DNA of 64,000 nucleotides from Polaromonas sp. GTDB lineage: Bacteria > Pseudomonadota > Gammaproteobacteria > Burkholderiales > Burkholderiaceae_C. The position numbers and the translations under genes were made by a program. Within the stretch, counting starts at the first letter, position 1, and every line of letters begins with the position of its first letter. Positions 1 to 9,696 of this stretch are shown one piece after another. The stretch covers positions 15,656-79,655 of the forward strand of contig NZ_JAAFGZ010000008.1 of assembly GCF_010365105.1 (NCBI RefSeq), read 5' to 3'. The notes under the pieces were generated by a model. It had not been told where the DNA came from and did not search any database. It worked only from the letters and a program-made list of their open reading frames with translations.

Positions 1-216
1 GCCAGTGGCACTGTCTGCGGCTTCGCTCGCGCGGCCTGGCAATTGAAGCTCAGCCCGGCAAACAGCCCGTGCAAAAACGCTTCGGACACTGCCTTGCCGG
101 ATTCACGACGGCCTGCATAAGCCATGTGCAGCCTGTGGATTCATGGGCGGTGCCAGTGACTGTACCCTGACGATCTCTTTAGACTGGCAGGCTTTACCTT
201 CTTTTCTGAGACACCC

Positions 217-993
217 ATGGAACTACTTTCCGACCCGAACATCTGGATCGCTTTTTTTATGCTCGCGGCGCTTGAAATTGTTCTGGGCATCGACAACATC
301 ATCTTCATCAGCATCCTGGTGGGCCGCCTGCCCGCTGAAAAGCGGGATGTGGCGCGCCGCCTGGGGCTGGGCTTTGCGATGGTCTCGCGCATTGCGCTGC
401 TGTTCAGCCTGGCGTGGGTCATGACGCTGACCACGACGCTTTTTACCGTGGTGGGCCAGGAAATCAGCGGCCGCGACCTGATCCTGCTTGGCGGTGGACT
501 GTTCCTACTGTACAAGGCCTCGCACGAGATTTTCCAGGAGGTCGAAGCGCGTGAGTCCGACGCGGTCAGTGCCGGCGTCGACAAGGTCAAGGCCGGTGCC
601 ACCTTGTTCTGGGGAACGATTGTGCAGATCGGCATCGTGGACATTGTTTTTTCGCTCGACTCCGTGATCACCGCTGTCGGCATGGTGGACAACATCAGCG
701 TGATGGTGGCCGCCGTCGTGGCGTCGGTGGCCGTGATGATGTTTGCGGCCAAGCCGATCGGCGAATTCGTGGACCGGCACCCGTCCATCAAGGTGCTGGC
801 GCTGGCTTTCCTGACGATGGTGGGAACGCTGCTGGTCGCCGAAGCCTTCGACGTGCATGTGCCCAAGGCCTACGTCTATGTCGCCATGCTGTTTTCCCTG
901 AGCGTCGAGGCGCTCAACATCCGCTCCCGCACCAAGCGCCTGGCCAAGGCACAGGTCTCAACGCCTGTGGCTGGCAGCATCGTGGGTTCGTGA
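217..993 (+). CDS. TerC family integral membrane protein
   Basis: 258-aa ORF starting at ATG 217. Multi-TM protein with the N-terminal motif LEIVLGIDNIIFISIL, typical of TerC/Alx/YkoY proteins. Confidence 0.85.
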   Translation: MELLSDPNIWIAFFMLAALEIVLGIDNIIFISILVGRLPAEKRDVARRLGLGFAMVSRIALLFSLAWVMTLTTTLFTVVGQEISGRDLILLGGGLFLLYKASHEIFQEVEARESDAVSAGVDKVKAGATLFWGTIVQIGIVDIVFSLDSVITAVGMVDNISVMVAAVVASVAVMMFAAKPIGEFVDRHPSIKVLALAFLTMVGTLLVAEAFDVHVPKAYVYVAMLFSLSVEALNIRSRTKRLAKAQVSTPVAGSIVGS

Positions 994-1077
994 CGGCGGC
1001 GCGGTTTTTGCCGGCTGCGAATGACTGTTTCGTCCGTTCGCAAGGTACATGCCGCCGGGCGCCCACATGACGCTTTC

Positions 1078-1905
1078 TCATACCAGCGGAACGGTCAGTT
1101 TTTCGATCACGGCGCGGGTGTCCGGCCGCACGCCACGCCACCATTCAAAGGCTTCGGCGGCCTGCTCGGCGAGCATGCCGACGCCGTCGGCCAGTTGCTG
1201 GACGCCGGCGCTTTTCGCCAGGCGCAGGAAGGGCGTCAGTCCCTTGCCGTAGGCCAGCTCATAGGCCAGGCAGCCGGGTGTAAAAACGCTGGCCGGCACC
1301 GGCGGCAGTTCGGTGTGCAGGCTGGCCGAGGTGGCGTTGAACACCACGTCAAAGGCCTGCCCCGCCAGGTCTGCGTAGGTGCAGCCGCGCACCGGGCCGG
1401 CGCCCGATGCGGTGGCAATGCGCACCAGTTCCTGCGCCTTGTCCAGGCTGCGGTTGGCAATCACCAGTTGGGCAGGCTGCTGCGCCAGAAAAGGCAGCAG
1501 CGCGCCCCGGGCCGCACCGCCCGCGCCGAGCATCAGCACGCGCTTGCCCCTGAGCGGGGTGTTCAGGTTATGCACCACGTCGCGCACCAGACCGATACCG
1601 TCGAAGTTGTCGGCCAGCACCCGGTCGCCGTCAAACTTCAATGCATTGGCCGCGCCCGCCAGCTCGGCGCGCTCCGAGCGCTCGGTCGCATAGGCAAAGG
1701 CGTCGAGCTTGAACGGCGTGGTGATGTTCAGGCCCCGCCCCTCGGCGGCGCGGAACGCATCGACGGCGCTGGCGAACCCGTCCAGCGCGCCTTCGATGGC
1801 GGTGTAGTCCATGTCCTGGCCGGTGGCCAGCGCGAACAAGCCGTGGATCAGCGGCGATTTGCTCTGGTGAATGGGGTTGCCGATCACGGCGTAGCGGTCT
1901 GTCAT
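1078..1905 (-). CDS. aroE: shikimate dehydrogenase
   Basis: 275-aa ORF starting at ATG. N-terminus YAVIGNPIHQSKSPLIHG and Rossmann motif LGAGGAARG are characteristic of AroE. Confidence 0.9.
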   Translation of the reverse strand: MTDRYAVIGNPIHQSKSPLIHGLFALATGQDMDYTAIEGALDGFASAVDAFRAAEGRGLNITTPFKLDAFAYATERSERAELAGAANALKFDGDRVLADNFDGIGLVRDVVHNLNTPLRGKRVLMLGAGGAARGALLPFLAQQPAQLVIANRSLDKAQELVRIATASGAGPVRGCTYADLAGQAFDVVFNATSASLHTELPPVPASVFTPGCLAYELAYGKGLTPFLRLAKSAGVQQLADGVGMLAEQAAEAFEWWRGVRPDTRAVIEKLTVPLV

Positions 1906-2029
1906 GCCTGGGGCTCCGGATAAAGCACACCGTCCCGCTCCGTGGCGTCGGTGTGGCTGGCGCCAGATGCTACACGCTCGGGCAGGTGCCGAAGCCGGGA
2001 AATCGGAACGGCGGCGATAGGCCCGCTTT

Positions 2030-2770
2030 TTCTTGAATCTGCGTAACTACTTGCCTTGCCTGGTGTTGCGCGGGGTTGCTGTATCTTTTGCTGGCTGCAT
2101 TTGGATTTTTGGGTGTGGAGCGCCTTCCCGGCGGGGGGTAACTTTCTTTTCTGGCAAAAAAGAAAGTCACCAAAGAAAGTTGCCTTGGGATCGGGTTAGA
2201 GCTGAACGCTCTGTCGGGCCATCGCTTCGCTGGGCCCTGGGTTCTCTGATCGCTGGCAAGCAGCCCATGGCATGGCTTGCTGGTTCGACCGCTCGTTCGC
2301 CAACAGCTTCACGCTCTGCCTGATCATCTTTGCTTGCGCTGCGCGCAGTGTTTTCGGCAGTACCTTTTTTTGCTTCCTCGCCTGCCGTGTTTAGGCTGGT
2401 GGGTCGGTGGCTGTGGAACCACCAAAAGTGCTTGAAGCACAAAGAAGTCGATCAAGCAGAGCGTGAAGCTGTTGGCGAACGAGCGGTAGAACCAGCCGGC
2501 CAGAGGCATTGCTAATCGCCCTCACCTCCAGGTGCCCAGGGCCCAGCGAAGCGATGGCCCGACAGAGCGTTCAGCTCTGATCCGCTCCCGCCCCCTGGCA
2601 ACTTTCTTTGGTTACTTTCTTTTTTGCCAGAAAAGAAAGTTACCCCCCGCCGGGAAGGCGCTCACCCCTCAAACCACAGAAGAAACCAAAATAGCAAAAG
2701 AAAAGAAAACGCAGAAATCAAAGCAACAGAGCCAGCAGATTACAAATCTGCAGATAAAAAGTGCTTCCTG
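2030..2770. repeat. long-palindrome (foldback) element, copy A
   Basis: Core arms at about 2118-2325 and 2450-2663 are imperfect reverse complements (read by eye). Each contains a nested hairpin ACTTTCTTTTCTGGCAAAAAAGAAAGT. The left flank is T/G-rich and the right flank A/C-rich. A second copy lies at 42181-42935. Confidence 0.8.
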
Positions 2771-2810
2771 CGCTTGCTGTCATTGCATAGGCAGCTATTC
2801 ATTCAATAGC
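2758..2810 (+). repeat. REP-like two-hairpin intergenic repeat (copy 1)
   Basis: Sequence ..GTGCTTCCTGCGC..GCATAGGCAGCTATTCATTCAATAGC, with a perfect GCTATT-N5-AATAGC hairpin. Confidence 0.7.
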
Positions 2811-2831
2811 AAATATCGGATGGCTGCCATC

Positions 2832-3758
2832 TCAGCCTGCCAACCCGCGCTCAATGCCTTTGATGCAAGCCACCAGCGTCCGGTTGACCGGCGTCGGCAC
2901 GCCGACCTTTTCGCCCTGGCGCACCACCGCGCCGTTGATGAAATCAATCTCGGTGATCGAGCCTTTTTCCAGGCTTTGCAGCATCGACGGCTTGAACTCG
3001 AAGGGCAGGCCGGCGCCAGCCATGTGCCACGCATCGACCGGCTCGGCAATGCTGAGTGTGATGCCGCTGGCCCGGGCCACGCCCATCGCCTCGGCCACGG
3101 CCGCCACGGCGCAGGCCTGCAGCTCGGGCGACTGGTAAAGCAGTCCGTAGGGCAGGCGGCTGATGGCGCTCAGCGCCCCAGTCGCCACGTTGACCAGCAG
3201 CTTGTCCCAGATGCTGCCCATGATGTTTTCGCTGACGCGGGTGTCCAGCCCCGCCTGGTTGAACAGCGCGGCAATGCGCAGCACGCGCTCCGACACGCCG
3301 CCGCCCGGTTCTCCCATCAGCGTCAGCTTGTTCACGGTGCCGGCCAGCACATGGCCGGGCGCCAGCTGCGTGCCGCCCACATAGGTCTTGCCGGCCAGCA
3401 GCCGCTCGCGGCCGACGATGCCGGCCAGGATGTCTTCATGGCCCAGGCCGTTTTGCAGCGACAGCACCGTGGTGTCTGGTGCCAGCAGCGACGTCGCAGC
3501 CTGCATCGCCTCGGCGGTGTGGAAGGACTTGACCAGCACGATCACCAGGTCCACCGTGCCCACCGCTTGCGCCGTCGTGGCCGCACGCACCGCTACCGTG
3601 CGGTCCACGCCGCCGGTGCGCAGGACCAGCCCCCGGCGCGTCATCGCCTCGACCTGGTCCGCGTTGCGGTTGATAAGCCAGACCTCATGGCCCGCCTCGG
3701 TCAGCACGCCGCCCATCGCGCAACCCAGCGCACCCGCGCCCAGGATTCCAATTTTCAC
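2832..3758 (-). CDS. panE: 2-dehydropantoate 2-reductase (ketopantoate reductase, ApbA/PanE family)
   Basis: 308-aa ORF with a GTG start. N-terminal KIGILGAGALGCAMGG dinucleotide fold and a PanE-like C-terminal domain. Confidence 0.8.
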   Translation of the reverse strand: MKIGILGAGALGCAMGGVLTEAGHEVWLINRNADQVEAMTRRGLVLRTGGVDRTVAVRAATTAQAVGTVDLVIVLVKSFHTAEAMQAATSLLAPDTTVLSLQNGLGHEDILAGIVGRERLLAGKTYVGGTQLAPGHVLAGTVNKLTLMGEPGGGVSERVLRIAALFNQAGLDTRVSENIMGSIWDKLLVNVATGALSAISRLPYGLLYQSPELQACAVAAVAEAMGVARASGITLSIAEPVDAWHMAGAGLPFEFKPSMLQSLEKGSITEIDFINGAVVRQGEKVGVPTPVNRTLVACIKGIERGLAG

Positions 3759-3886
3759 AGCTTGCTCCTCACCAATAAGTGAAGCGATTCTGGCGCAGGC
3801 TGATGATTCATGCGCAAGCCGCCACAGGCCGGCGCAAGCTGGCCTTGCACGCGCATCACGGCATTCAATGCACCTGAAGGATGTTT

Positions 3887-3940
3887 GCTACTGAATTTAT
3901 AGCTATTGATGCGCCACTGACGTGCGCAGGAAGCCTTTTT
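3887..3940 (-). repeat. REP-like two-hairpin intergenic repeat (copy 2, reverse orientation)
   Basis: Sequence GCTACTGAATTTATAGCTATTGATGCGCCACTGACGTGCGCAGGAAGCCTTTTT. Confidence 0.65.
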
Positions 3941-3956
3941 GAGGCTGAAAGTCAGT

Positions 3957-4373
3957 TCAGCAGGCAGCCAGACCCGGCGCGTCAGGGTGTTTTCCGGCCA
4001 GCTTGCGGGTCTGCTCGATGCAGTAATCCATCAGGCTGTCGAGTTCGGTGGACTTGTCGAAAACCGCGTCCGCCCCCAGCGCCACCGAGCGTTTGCGGAT
4101 TTCCGGCGTGGCGTAGTTGGTCAGGATCACGACTTTCTGGAAAGGCGCGCGTTGGCGGCACGCGACCAGCACGCCCAGGCCGCTTCCTTCCCTCAAGAAC
4201 AGGTCAACGATAGCCAGGTGCCATTGCGAATGGCGGACAAGCCACTGGCTGGCTTCATGCTGGGTGGCCGAGTGCGCGGTAATTTCCAGCTGCGCTATTT
4301 CTCCGAGCGTCTCAATCAGGTTGGTGCGAACGGTGGGGTTGTCTTCAACCAGGTAGGCAATCAAGGTTTGCAT
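3957..4373 (-). CDS. single-domain response regulator (CheY-like receiver)
   Basis: 138 aa. Acidic pocket VEDN, a probable phospho-acceptor in LAIVDLFL, and a conserved T/K region (VVILTN..). No output domain. Confidence 0.85.
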   Translation of the reverse strand: MQTLIAYLVEDNPTVRTNLIETLGEIAQLEITAHSATQHEASQWLVRHSQWHLAIVDLFLREGSGLGVLVACRQRAPFQKVVILTNYATPEIRKRSVALGADAVFDKSTELDSLMDYCIEQTRKLAGKHPDAPGLAAC

Positions 4374-4531
4374 GGAGGACCTGTGTAGTTGGCTGGCTGC
4401 TGATGCTGCCCGTCAGGACATCTCCCTGAACCAGGGAAACACGCTGGCTGAACAGGTGCCGCCATCCGATGACGCCAGCCAGGGTAGGACAACGCGTGTG
4501 TCAAGCAATGGCTGGCAGGGCGCGATGTGCC

Positions 4532-5641
4532 TCAGTCGGACGACGACACGGCCGGACCCGCGTCCATCGCGCCAGCTTCAGGCCGCTCTTCGGCACCACC
4601 GGGATGCCGCGCGAACCGGCCGGGCGCGCTTGTATGCACCGGTGCCGCATCAGGCCACGGCCAGCCGCCAAACCGGGTGCGCTGGTAGTCGGCAAACGTC
4701 TGCCGGATCTCGGCTTCGGTGTTCATGACGAACGGGCCGTGCTGCGCCACCGGCTCGCCAATCGGCCGGCCCTGCAGCAGCAAAAATTCGGAAGTTTTCG
4801 CGCCGTTGACCAGTTCCACCGCTGCATCGGCGCGCAGCGCGATGGCGCTGGCCTGCTGCACCGCCTGGCCGGCCACGCTGACGGAGTCGCCCTTGAAGAA
4901 ATACAACTGGCGCCGGGTGTCCTTGCCCATGGCGGCAGGCAGCGTCCAGCGCGCGCCGGGCGCCATGCGCAGCGTCCAGATCGCCACGTCGGCGTCAGGC
5001 TGCGCGGCCCAGGAATCGGGCGGTGGCGGCAGGGGCGCATCCACATCGGCACTGGCCCCGCTCAGGCGGCCGGTGATGACCGCCACGTCGGTGCTGCGGC
5101 CTTCGTCATCGGTGGCCGTGAATTTCGGGATGTCCTGCGCCCAGAACATGGTGAAGTGCGGCGCCGCCATCTTGGAGGCCGCCGGCAGGTTCAGCCAGAT
5201 CTGGAACAGCTCCAGCGGGTTCGGGCCGTGCTGGTCGAGCAGCGGAAACATTTCCGAATGCACCACGCCCTGGCCGGCGGTCAGCCACTGCACATCGCCA
5301 CCCCCGAAACGCGCGGTTGCGCCGAGCGAATCGGCATGGTCGATCAGTCCCTTGCGCACGATGGTCACGGTTTCAAAGCCCCGGTGCGGATGCGCCGGAA
5401 AGCCTGGCACCGAGCTGCCGTGGTACATGCTCCAGCCGTCCTTGCGGCTGAAGTCCTGTCCGATGTCGCGCCCGGCAAGCGTCGCGGCAGGGCCGTTCTG
5501 CGCATTGGCAGCCGGGTAGGCGTCGTCGTGATGCACACAAAACAGGAAGGGATCGACCGTCGGCCACGGGAAGCCCAATGGCGCGATGCTCAGAACGGGC
5601 GAGTCTGCAGGAATTACAGCGTCAACGGGCAGGGAGGACAT
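4532..5641 (-). CDS. pirin family protein
   Basis: 369 aa. Cupin metal motif HPHRGFETVT ... VQWLTAGQGVVHSE, typical of pirins. The C-terminus is longer than usual. Confidence 0.85.
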   Translation of the reverse strand: MSSLPVDAVIPADSPVLSIAPLGFPWPTVDPFLFCVHHDDAYPAANAQNGPAATLAGRDIGQDFSRKDGWSMYHGSSVPGFPAHPHRGFETVTIVRKGLIDHADSLGATARFGGGDVQWLTAGQGVVHSEMFPLLDQHGPNPLELFQIWLNLPAASKMAAPHFTMFWAQDIPKFTATDDEGRSTDVAVITGRLSGASADVDAPLPPPPDSWAAQPDADVAIWTLRMAPGARWTLPAAMGKDTRRQLYFFKGDSVSVAGQAVQQASAIALRADAAVELVNGAKTSEFLLLQGRPIGEPVAQHGPFVMNTEAEIRQTFADYQRTRFGGWPWPDAAPVHTSAPGRFARHPGGAEERPEAGAMDAGPAVSSSD

Positions 5642-5764
5642 AAAAACGCTTTCGTCTCAAAAAATACAGGTAGGGCCAAGGCGCGCTGATTCAAGCAAAA
5701 AGCCCGGCGGACCGGTGCTTTGACACCTTGCCGCCGGGCTTGAGGGCTATGCCCCGTGCCGTGC

Positions 5765-6934
5765 TTAACGCTGGCCGGTCATGCTTTCCCAGCCGTGGCG
5801 AATCGCCTGCTTGGTATTTTCCCAGGTGCTGTTGCCATTGGGATTGCGGCTGGTCCAGTCAGTATGGGCATCGGCCTCGACATCGTCCCACGAACGGTTG
5901 GCATAACGCGGATCAGAGCGCAGGGTCGATCCGTACAGGTAGGCCGGTGCATAGTCTTCATAGCTGCCGCCCATCGACGCCATGTTGGCCTGGTAGTGGC
6001 TGCGGTAGTCCGGTTCACCCATGCCCGTGCCCATGGCTTTGGCACCGCTCTTGTCCACATCCACCACGGTGTTGCGCACCTGGTCCGTCACCGTTTCGGT
6101 GCGGGTGCTGGCATCGGTGCCGACCACCACTTCTTCCACCACGCGGGCGGTCTTGCTGACCACGGCCCGCTCTGCGGTTTCATGGATTTCGATCGAGCCG
6201 CCCTCGAAAGCCTTCAGGTCGGCTTCTGTGGCAGGCCGGTCCACGGTCCTGCGTTCGATGTCGGCGCGCTCTTCGCGCAACTGCACCTGTTCCTCGACCG
6301 GCCGTGTTTCGGTGCGGGAGAACACCCGGACCGTGCCGAGGTCGACTTCGCGCTTGCCCACTTCCAGTTCTTCGCGCACCACCGGCAGCACTGTGCCCTG
6401 CGCCACCTGGCGGCTGGCGTCAGGCGTCAGCAGGTCGTCGGACGAACGCAGGCTGTTGTTCTGGTAACGGCTGCGCTCGGCGGCGATCTGGTCGGGATGA
6501 TAAGGCTGGGCCGACGGATCGAAGCCCTCATAGCCTTCCTCGCGCCAGCCTTCGCTGCGCTTGTCGATGTCCACCGCGCCGGCCGCCGCCAGGAGGGAGC
6601 GTGCCTGGTCGACCCGTTCCGAGTCCGACACCGTCACCGCGACGACGGTGCTGCCCCGGCGAACCGCTTCGGAATAGTGGCCGGCATGCTCGTTGTCGTC
6701 GCTGCCGAAAAGTTCGCTGAAAAACCGCCCGATGCCTGCCATGAAGCCTTCGTCCTCATGGCTTGCGGTCGTGCCGGTGATGGTGCGGTCGGTGGTGGTC
6801 AGGGTGTCGCCGGTCTGCGTCGCCGGGTTGGACTGCATGCGGACTTCGCTGATGTCGAAACCGCTGTCCACCAGGGCGTCGCGCGCCTCCTGGGCCTCAT
6901 TGACCGTGTCAAAAACACCTACTACTGTCTGCAT
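5765..6934 (-). CDS. YsnF/AvaK (DUF2382) domain stress-response protein
   Basis: 389 aa. N-terminal VVGVFDT..EAQEARDAL general-stress module, and a central VLPVVREELEVGKREVDLGTVRV DUF2382 repeat. Confidence 0.8.
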   Translation of the reverse strand: MQTVVGVFDTVNEAQEARDALVDSGFDISEVRMQSNPATQTGDTLTTTDRTITGTTASHEDEGFMAGIGRFFSELFGSDDNEHAGHYSEAVRRGSTVVAVTVSDSERVDQARSLLAAAGAVDIDKRSEGWREEGYEGFDPSAQPYHPDQIAAERSRYQNNSLRSSDDLLTPDASRQVAQGTVLPVVREELEVGKREVDLGTVRVFSRTETRPVEEQVQLREERADIERRTVDRPATEADLKAFEGGSIEIHETAERAVVSKTARVVEEVVVGTDASTRTETVTDQVRNTVVDVDKSGAKAMGTGMGEPDYRSHYQANMASMGGSYEDYAPAYLYGSTLRSDPRYANRSWDDVEADAHTDWTSRNPNGNSTWENTKQAIRHGWESMTGQR

Positions 6935-6983
6935 GGCTTGACTCCTAAAAATGATCAGGGTTGACTGACAAAAAAACCGGTTC

Positions 6984-7436
6984 TCAAGGCCTGTCCGCCA
7001 CCCACTGCTGGGTGACCGGGTCCAGGCGCTCGATCACCACTTCCTCGCGCCGCAGCGAAGCCGCCACGGTGTGCTCGAAGGATTCACGCCGGCGGCGCAC
7101 ATGAATTTCCTCGACCAGGACCAGCTGCTTCACCAGCCGTTCCTCGTACACCGGAATCACCAGCAGGTCGCCCAGTGTCCGGGGCGCTTCGGTCGCCTCG
7201 ACCACCTGGTTGACGGGCACGCGCGTCGTCTCGACGACTTCGCGGTAGCCCTGAGCGGCTAACGGCTCGGTGACCTGGTGAACCACCTTGCGCACCCGCA
7301 CCGTGCCGGTGTGTTCGCGTTCAAGGTGGACCTGCGCCTGCTCGGCCAGCACCGGAATGACAATGCGCTGGCCGGTGTCTGCAGGGCCGGCTGCATTGTT
7401 GAAGGGCGTGGTGGTGGGGGGTGTGGCGGAATTCAT
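6984..7436 (-). CDS. DUF2382 (YsnF/AvaK) domain protein
   Basis: The IPVLAEQAQVHLERE...VRVRK and VIPVYEERLVKQLVLVEEIHVRRR repeats resemble DUF2382. The internal ATG at 7436 is preferred over the ORF-track start at 7484. Confidence 0.7.
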   Translation of the reverse strand: MNSATPPTTTPFNNAAGPADTGQRIVIPVLAEQAQVHLEREHTGTVRVRKVVHQVTEPLAAQGYREVVETTRVPVNQVVEATEAPRTLGDLLVIPVYEERLVKQLVLVEEIHVRRRRESFEHTVAASLRREEVVIERLDPVTQQWVADRP

Positions 7437-7671
7437 GTTGTGGGGTTGACCGAATGAACAATCATCTTTGCAGTGCTGCCACACGCAGGCTGAAAGAACT
7501 TCGTCGTAAATACCGTCAGCCGATACCTACAGGCGCTTTTTCAGGCACCTTGCTTCAGGAGGCATGGTCAAAAGGCATCAGGACAAGCCGGCTGTGGCCG
7601 TCGGGTGCGCAAAAGCAGCAGCGGCTCAAAGGCGACAGCAGCTTGTGAACCCGTCCTACACCCAGGACTGA

Positions 7672-8154
<483 letters not shown>

Positions 8155-8174
8155 TTTTTTCAATTACACCCCCT

Positions 8175-8208
8175 AAAAACGCAGGTGGATTTCCACCTGC
8201 GTTTTTTT
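8175..8208. terminator. bidirectional rho-independent terminator
   Basis: AAAAACGCAGGTGG-attt-CCACCTGCGTTTTTTT. An 8-bp GC stem flanked by an A-run and a T-run, lying between convergent genes. Confidence 0.8.
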
Positions 8209-8239
8209 ATGGCGGCTTGAAATGCTGAAGATTCATGAA

Positions 8240-8292
8240 AAATGCCATTTGCGCAGGGCCTGTAAGCATCAGCAGCTATTGATTCAGGAGCG
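8240..8292 (+). repeat. REP-like intergenic repeat (copy 3)
   Basis: Sequence AATGCCATTTGCGCAGGGCCTGTAAGCATCAGCAGCTATTGATTCAGGAGC. Confidence 0.6.
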
Positions 8293-8316
8293 TTTCCGTT
8301 CAGCCGTCCAGCCGCT

Positions 8317-9696
8317 TTAATCAGGCTGACGGCACTGCCCCAGCCGCTGCACGATGTCGGCAAACAGCGGGCGGCTGGCAGTGTCTGGCTGCGCGCAGTC
8401 GGCCTGCAGGGCAGCCATCATCGCCAGCGCCGAAGGTTGCGCACTGGCCGGTGCCGGGCAGCAGGCCAGCAGTTCTTCCAGCAGGCAGGAAAACGCCCGC
8501 GCCTCGATGCGCTGCAGGGCCAGCGCCAGCGGCGCGTCGTCCGGCGGAAAAAACGAGGCCGCGCCAAAGTCGCCGAGCAGCGCCTGGCCGTCGTCCGCGC
8601 ACAAGATGTTGTGCGCATACAGGTCGCCATGCAGGATGCCGCGCGCATGCAGCTGGCCGGCTGCCGACGCCACGCCCCGCGCCAGCCGCAGCACTGCGTC
8701 CGGCGTGAAACGCGCCCTGACGTCATACACGTCGCGGGTACACGAGTCCAGGCTGGGCGGCAAAGCCAGGTTGCCAAAGCGCGGCGCCACCAGCGCCATC
8801 ACCAGGCCATCGCTGCCGGCCGGATGGCCGGTGATGCGGCCATGCACGGCAATCAGGGCCGGATGCGCGCCGGCGCCGATGCACGCTGCCATTTCATGCC
8901 GGGGCAGGCCGTCGCTGGTCAGCGCGCCCTTGAACAGCTTGACCGCCACCGGCAGTGCCGTGTCGCCGCGTTGCCAGAGCGCCTGGCGGATCACGCCCGA
9001 TGCGCCTTCGCCCAGCAGCGCACCAGGCTGCAGGCTGGCCCAGTCGATGCGGGCCAGCGGCGCATCGGCCGGCGCGGCGGTTTTACCGGCCTCACCGGCG
9101 TCGGCCAGCGGGTTGCCGGCAAACGCCAGCCAGGCCAGGCGCGGCAGCGCCAGCAGCCAGTCGGGCAGGGCGGTGAAGCGGTTGGCGGCGATGCGCAGCA
9201 GCTCCAGCCGGGTGCAGGCGGCCATTTCCGGCGGCAGGGCGTTCAGCCGGTTGCCGGCCAGCATGAGTTTTTGCAGTTGCGTGCAGCGCCCCAGGGCGGG
9301 CGGCAGTTCGGCAATCTGGTTGTCGGTCAGCACCAGCGCGCGCAGGCGCGGCGGCAGCGCGGCGGCCGGCACCCGGCCAATCCGGTTGGCGCGAAAGCCG
9401 ATCATCTCCAGCTGCGCGCACCGGCCCAGCACTGCCGGCAGTTCGGTGAAGCGGTTGTTCGAGCAAAAAATGATGCGCAGCCGGTGCAGCCGCGCCAGGT
9501 CGTCGGGCAGTGCGCTCAGCGCATTGCCGGAAAGGTCGAGGATTTCCAGCGTGTCGGCCAGCGTGAATATCTCGGGCGGAAAGGTCTCCAGCCCGCAGGA
9601 CAGGCGCAGCCGGCGGCTGCCGGCCAGCGCGCCGGCGCGCAGTTGCCCCAGCATGTCCAGGGCGGACAGGGACTCGGTGTCGTGCGGTGCGTTCAT
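8317..9696 (-). CDS. leucine-rich-repeat protein fused to a Ser/Thr protein kinase domain
   Basis: 459 aa. About 8 LRRs of ~23 aa (LDLSGNALSALPDDLARLHRLRII...). Kinase motifs follow: GEGASGVI, VAVKLF, HGDLYAHNIL, LGDFGAA. No signal peptide or TM segment was seen. Confidence 0.8.
   Translation of the reverse strand: MNAPHDTESLSALDMLGQLRAGALAGSRRLRLSCGLETFPPEIFTLADTLEILDLSGNALSALPDDLARLHRLRIIFCSNNRFTELPAVLGRCAQLEMIGFRANRIGRVPAAALPPRLRALVLTDNQIAELPPALGRCTQLQKLMLAGNRLNALPPEMAACTRLELLRIAANRFTALPDWLLALPRLAWLAFAGNPLADAGEAGKTAAPADAPLARIDWASLQPGALLGEGASGVIRQALWQRGDTALPVAVKLFKGALTSDGLPRHEMAACIGAGAHPALIAVHGRITGHPAGSDGLVMALVAPRFGNLALPPSLDSCTRDVYDVRARFTPDAVLRLARGVASAAGQLHARGILHGDLYAHNILCADDGQALLGDFGAASFFPPDDAPLALALQRIEARAFSCLLEELLACCPAPASAQPSALAMMAALQADCAQPDTASRPLFADIVQRLGQCRQPD

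Noticed and set aside
1-125. Possible 5' end of a minus-strand gene (ATG at 125, MAYAGRRESGKAVSEAFLHGLFAG...) running off the window. The alternative is the 3' end of a plus-strand gene stopping at 118-120.
   Set aside because: It is only about 40 codons with no recognisable motif, and both strands stay open. I cannot support either call.
126-216. A leader upstream of the TerC gene could be a yybP-ykoY (Mn2+) riboswitch or an alx-type pH-responsive element.
   Set aside because: I could not find the conserved yybP-ykoY core sequences by eye. A cmsearch with the Rfam model would be needed.
1021-1923. 300-aa plus-strand ORF antisense to aroE. Similar long antisense or overlapping ORFs occur elsewhere: 8354-9910 and 8437-9855 (versus the LRR-kinase), 10311-11957 (versus the kinase fusion), 19937-21385, 22230-23156, 45321-46787, 46852-48306, 52292-54244, 55294-56361, 56703-58001, 57631-58974, 58577-59731 and 61383-63326.
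   Set aside because: These are typical GC-rich shadow ORFs. Their translations are Arg/Ala/Gly/Pro-rich with no motifs, and each overlaps a gene that has clear family signatures on the other strand or frame.
1970-2809. Several 60-96-aa ORFs, and the N-terminus of ORF 2532-3782, lie inside foldback element A. Equivalent ORFs lie at 42290-42983 inside element B.
   Set aside because: They are mirror-image products of the palindrome: the same peptide-like strings appear on both strands. They have low complexity and no start context.
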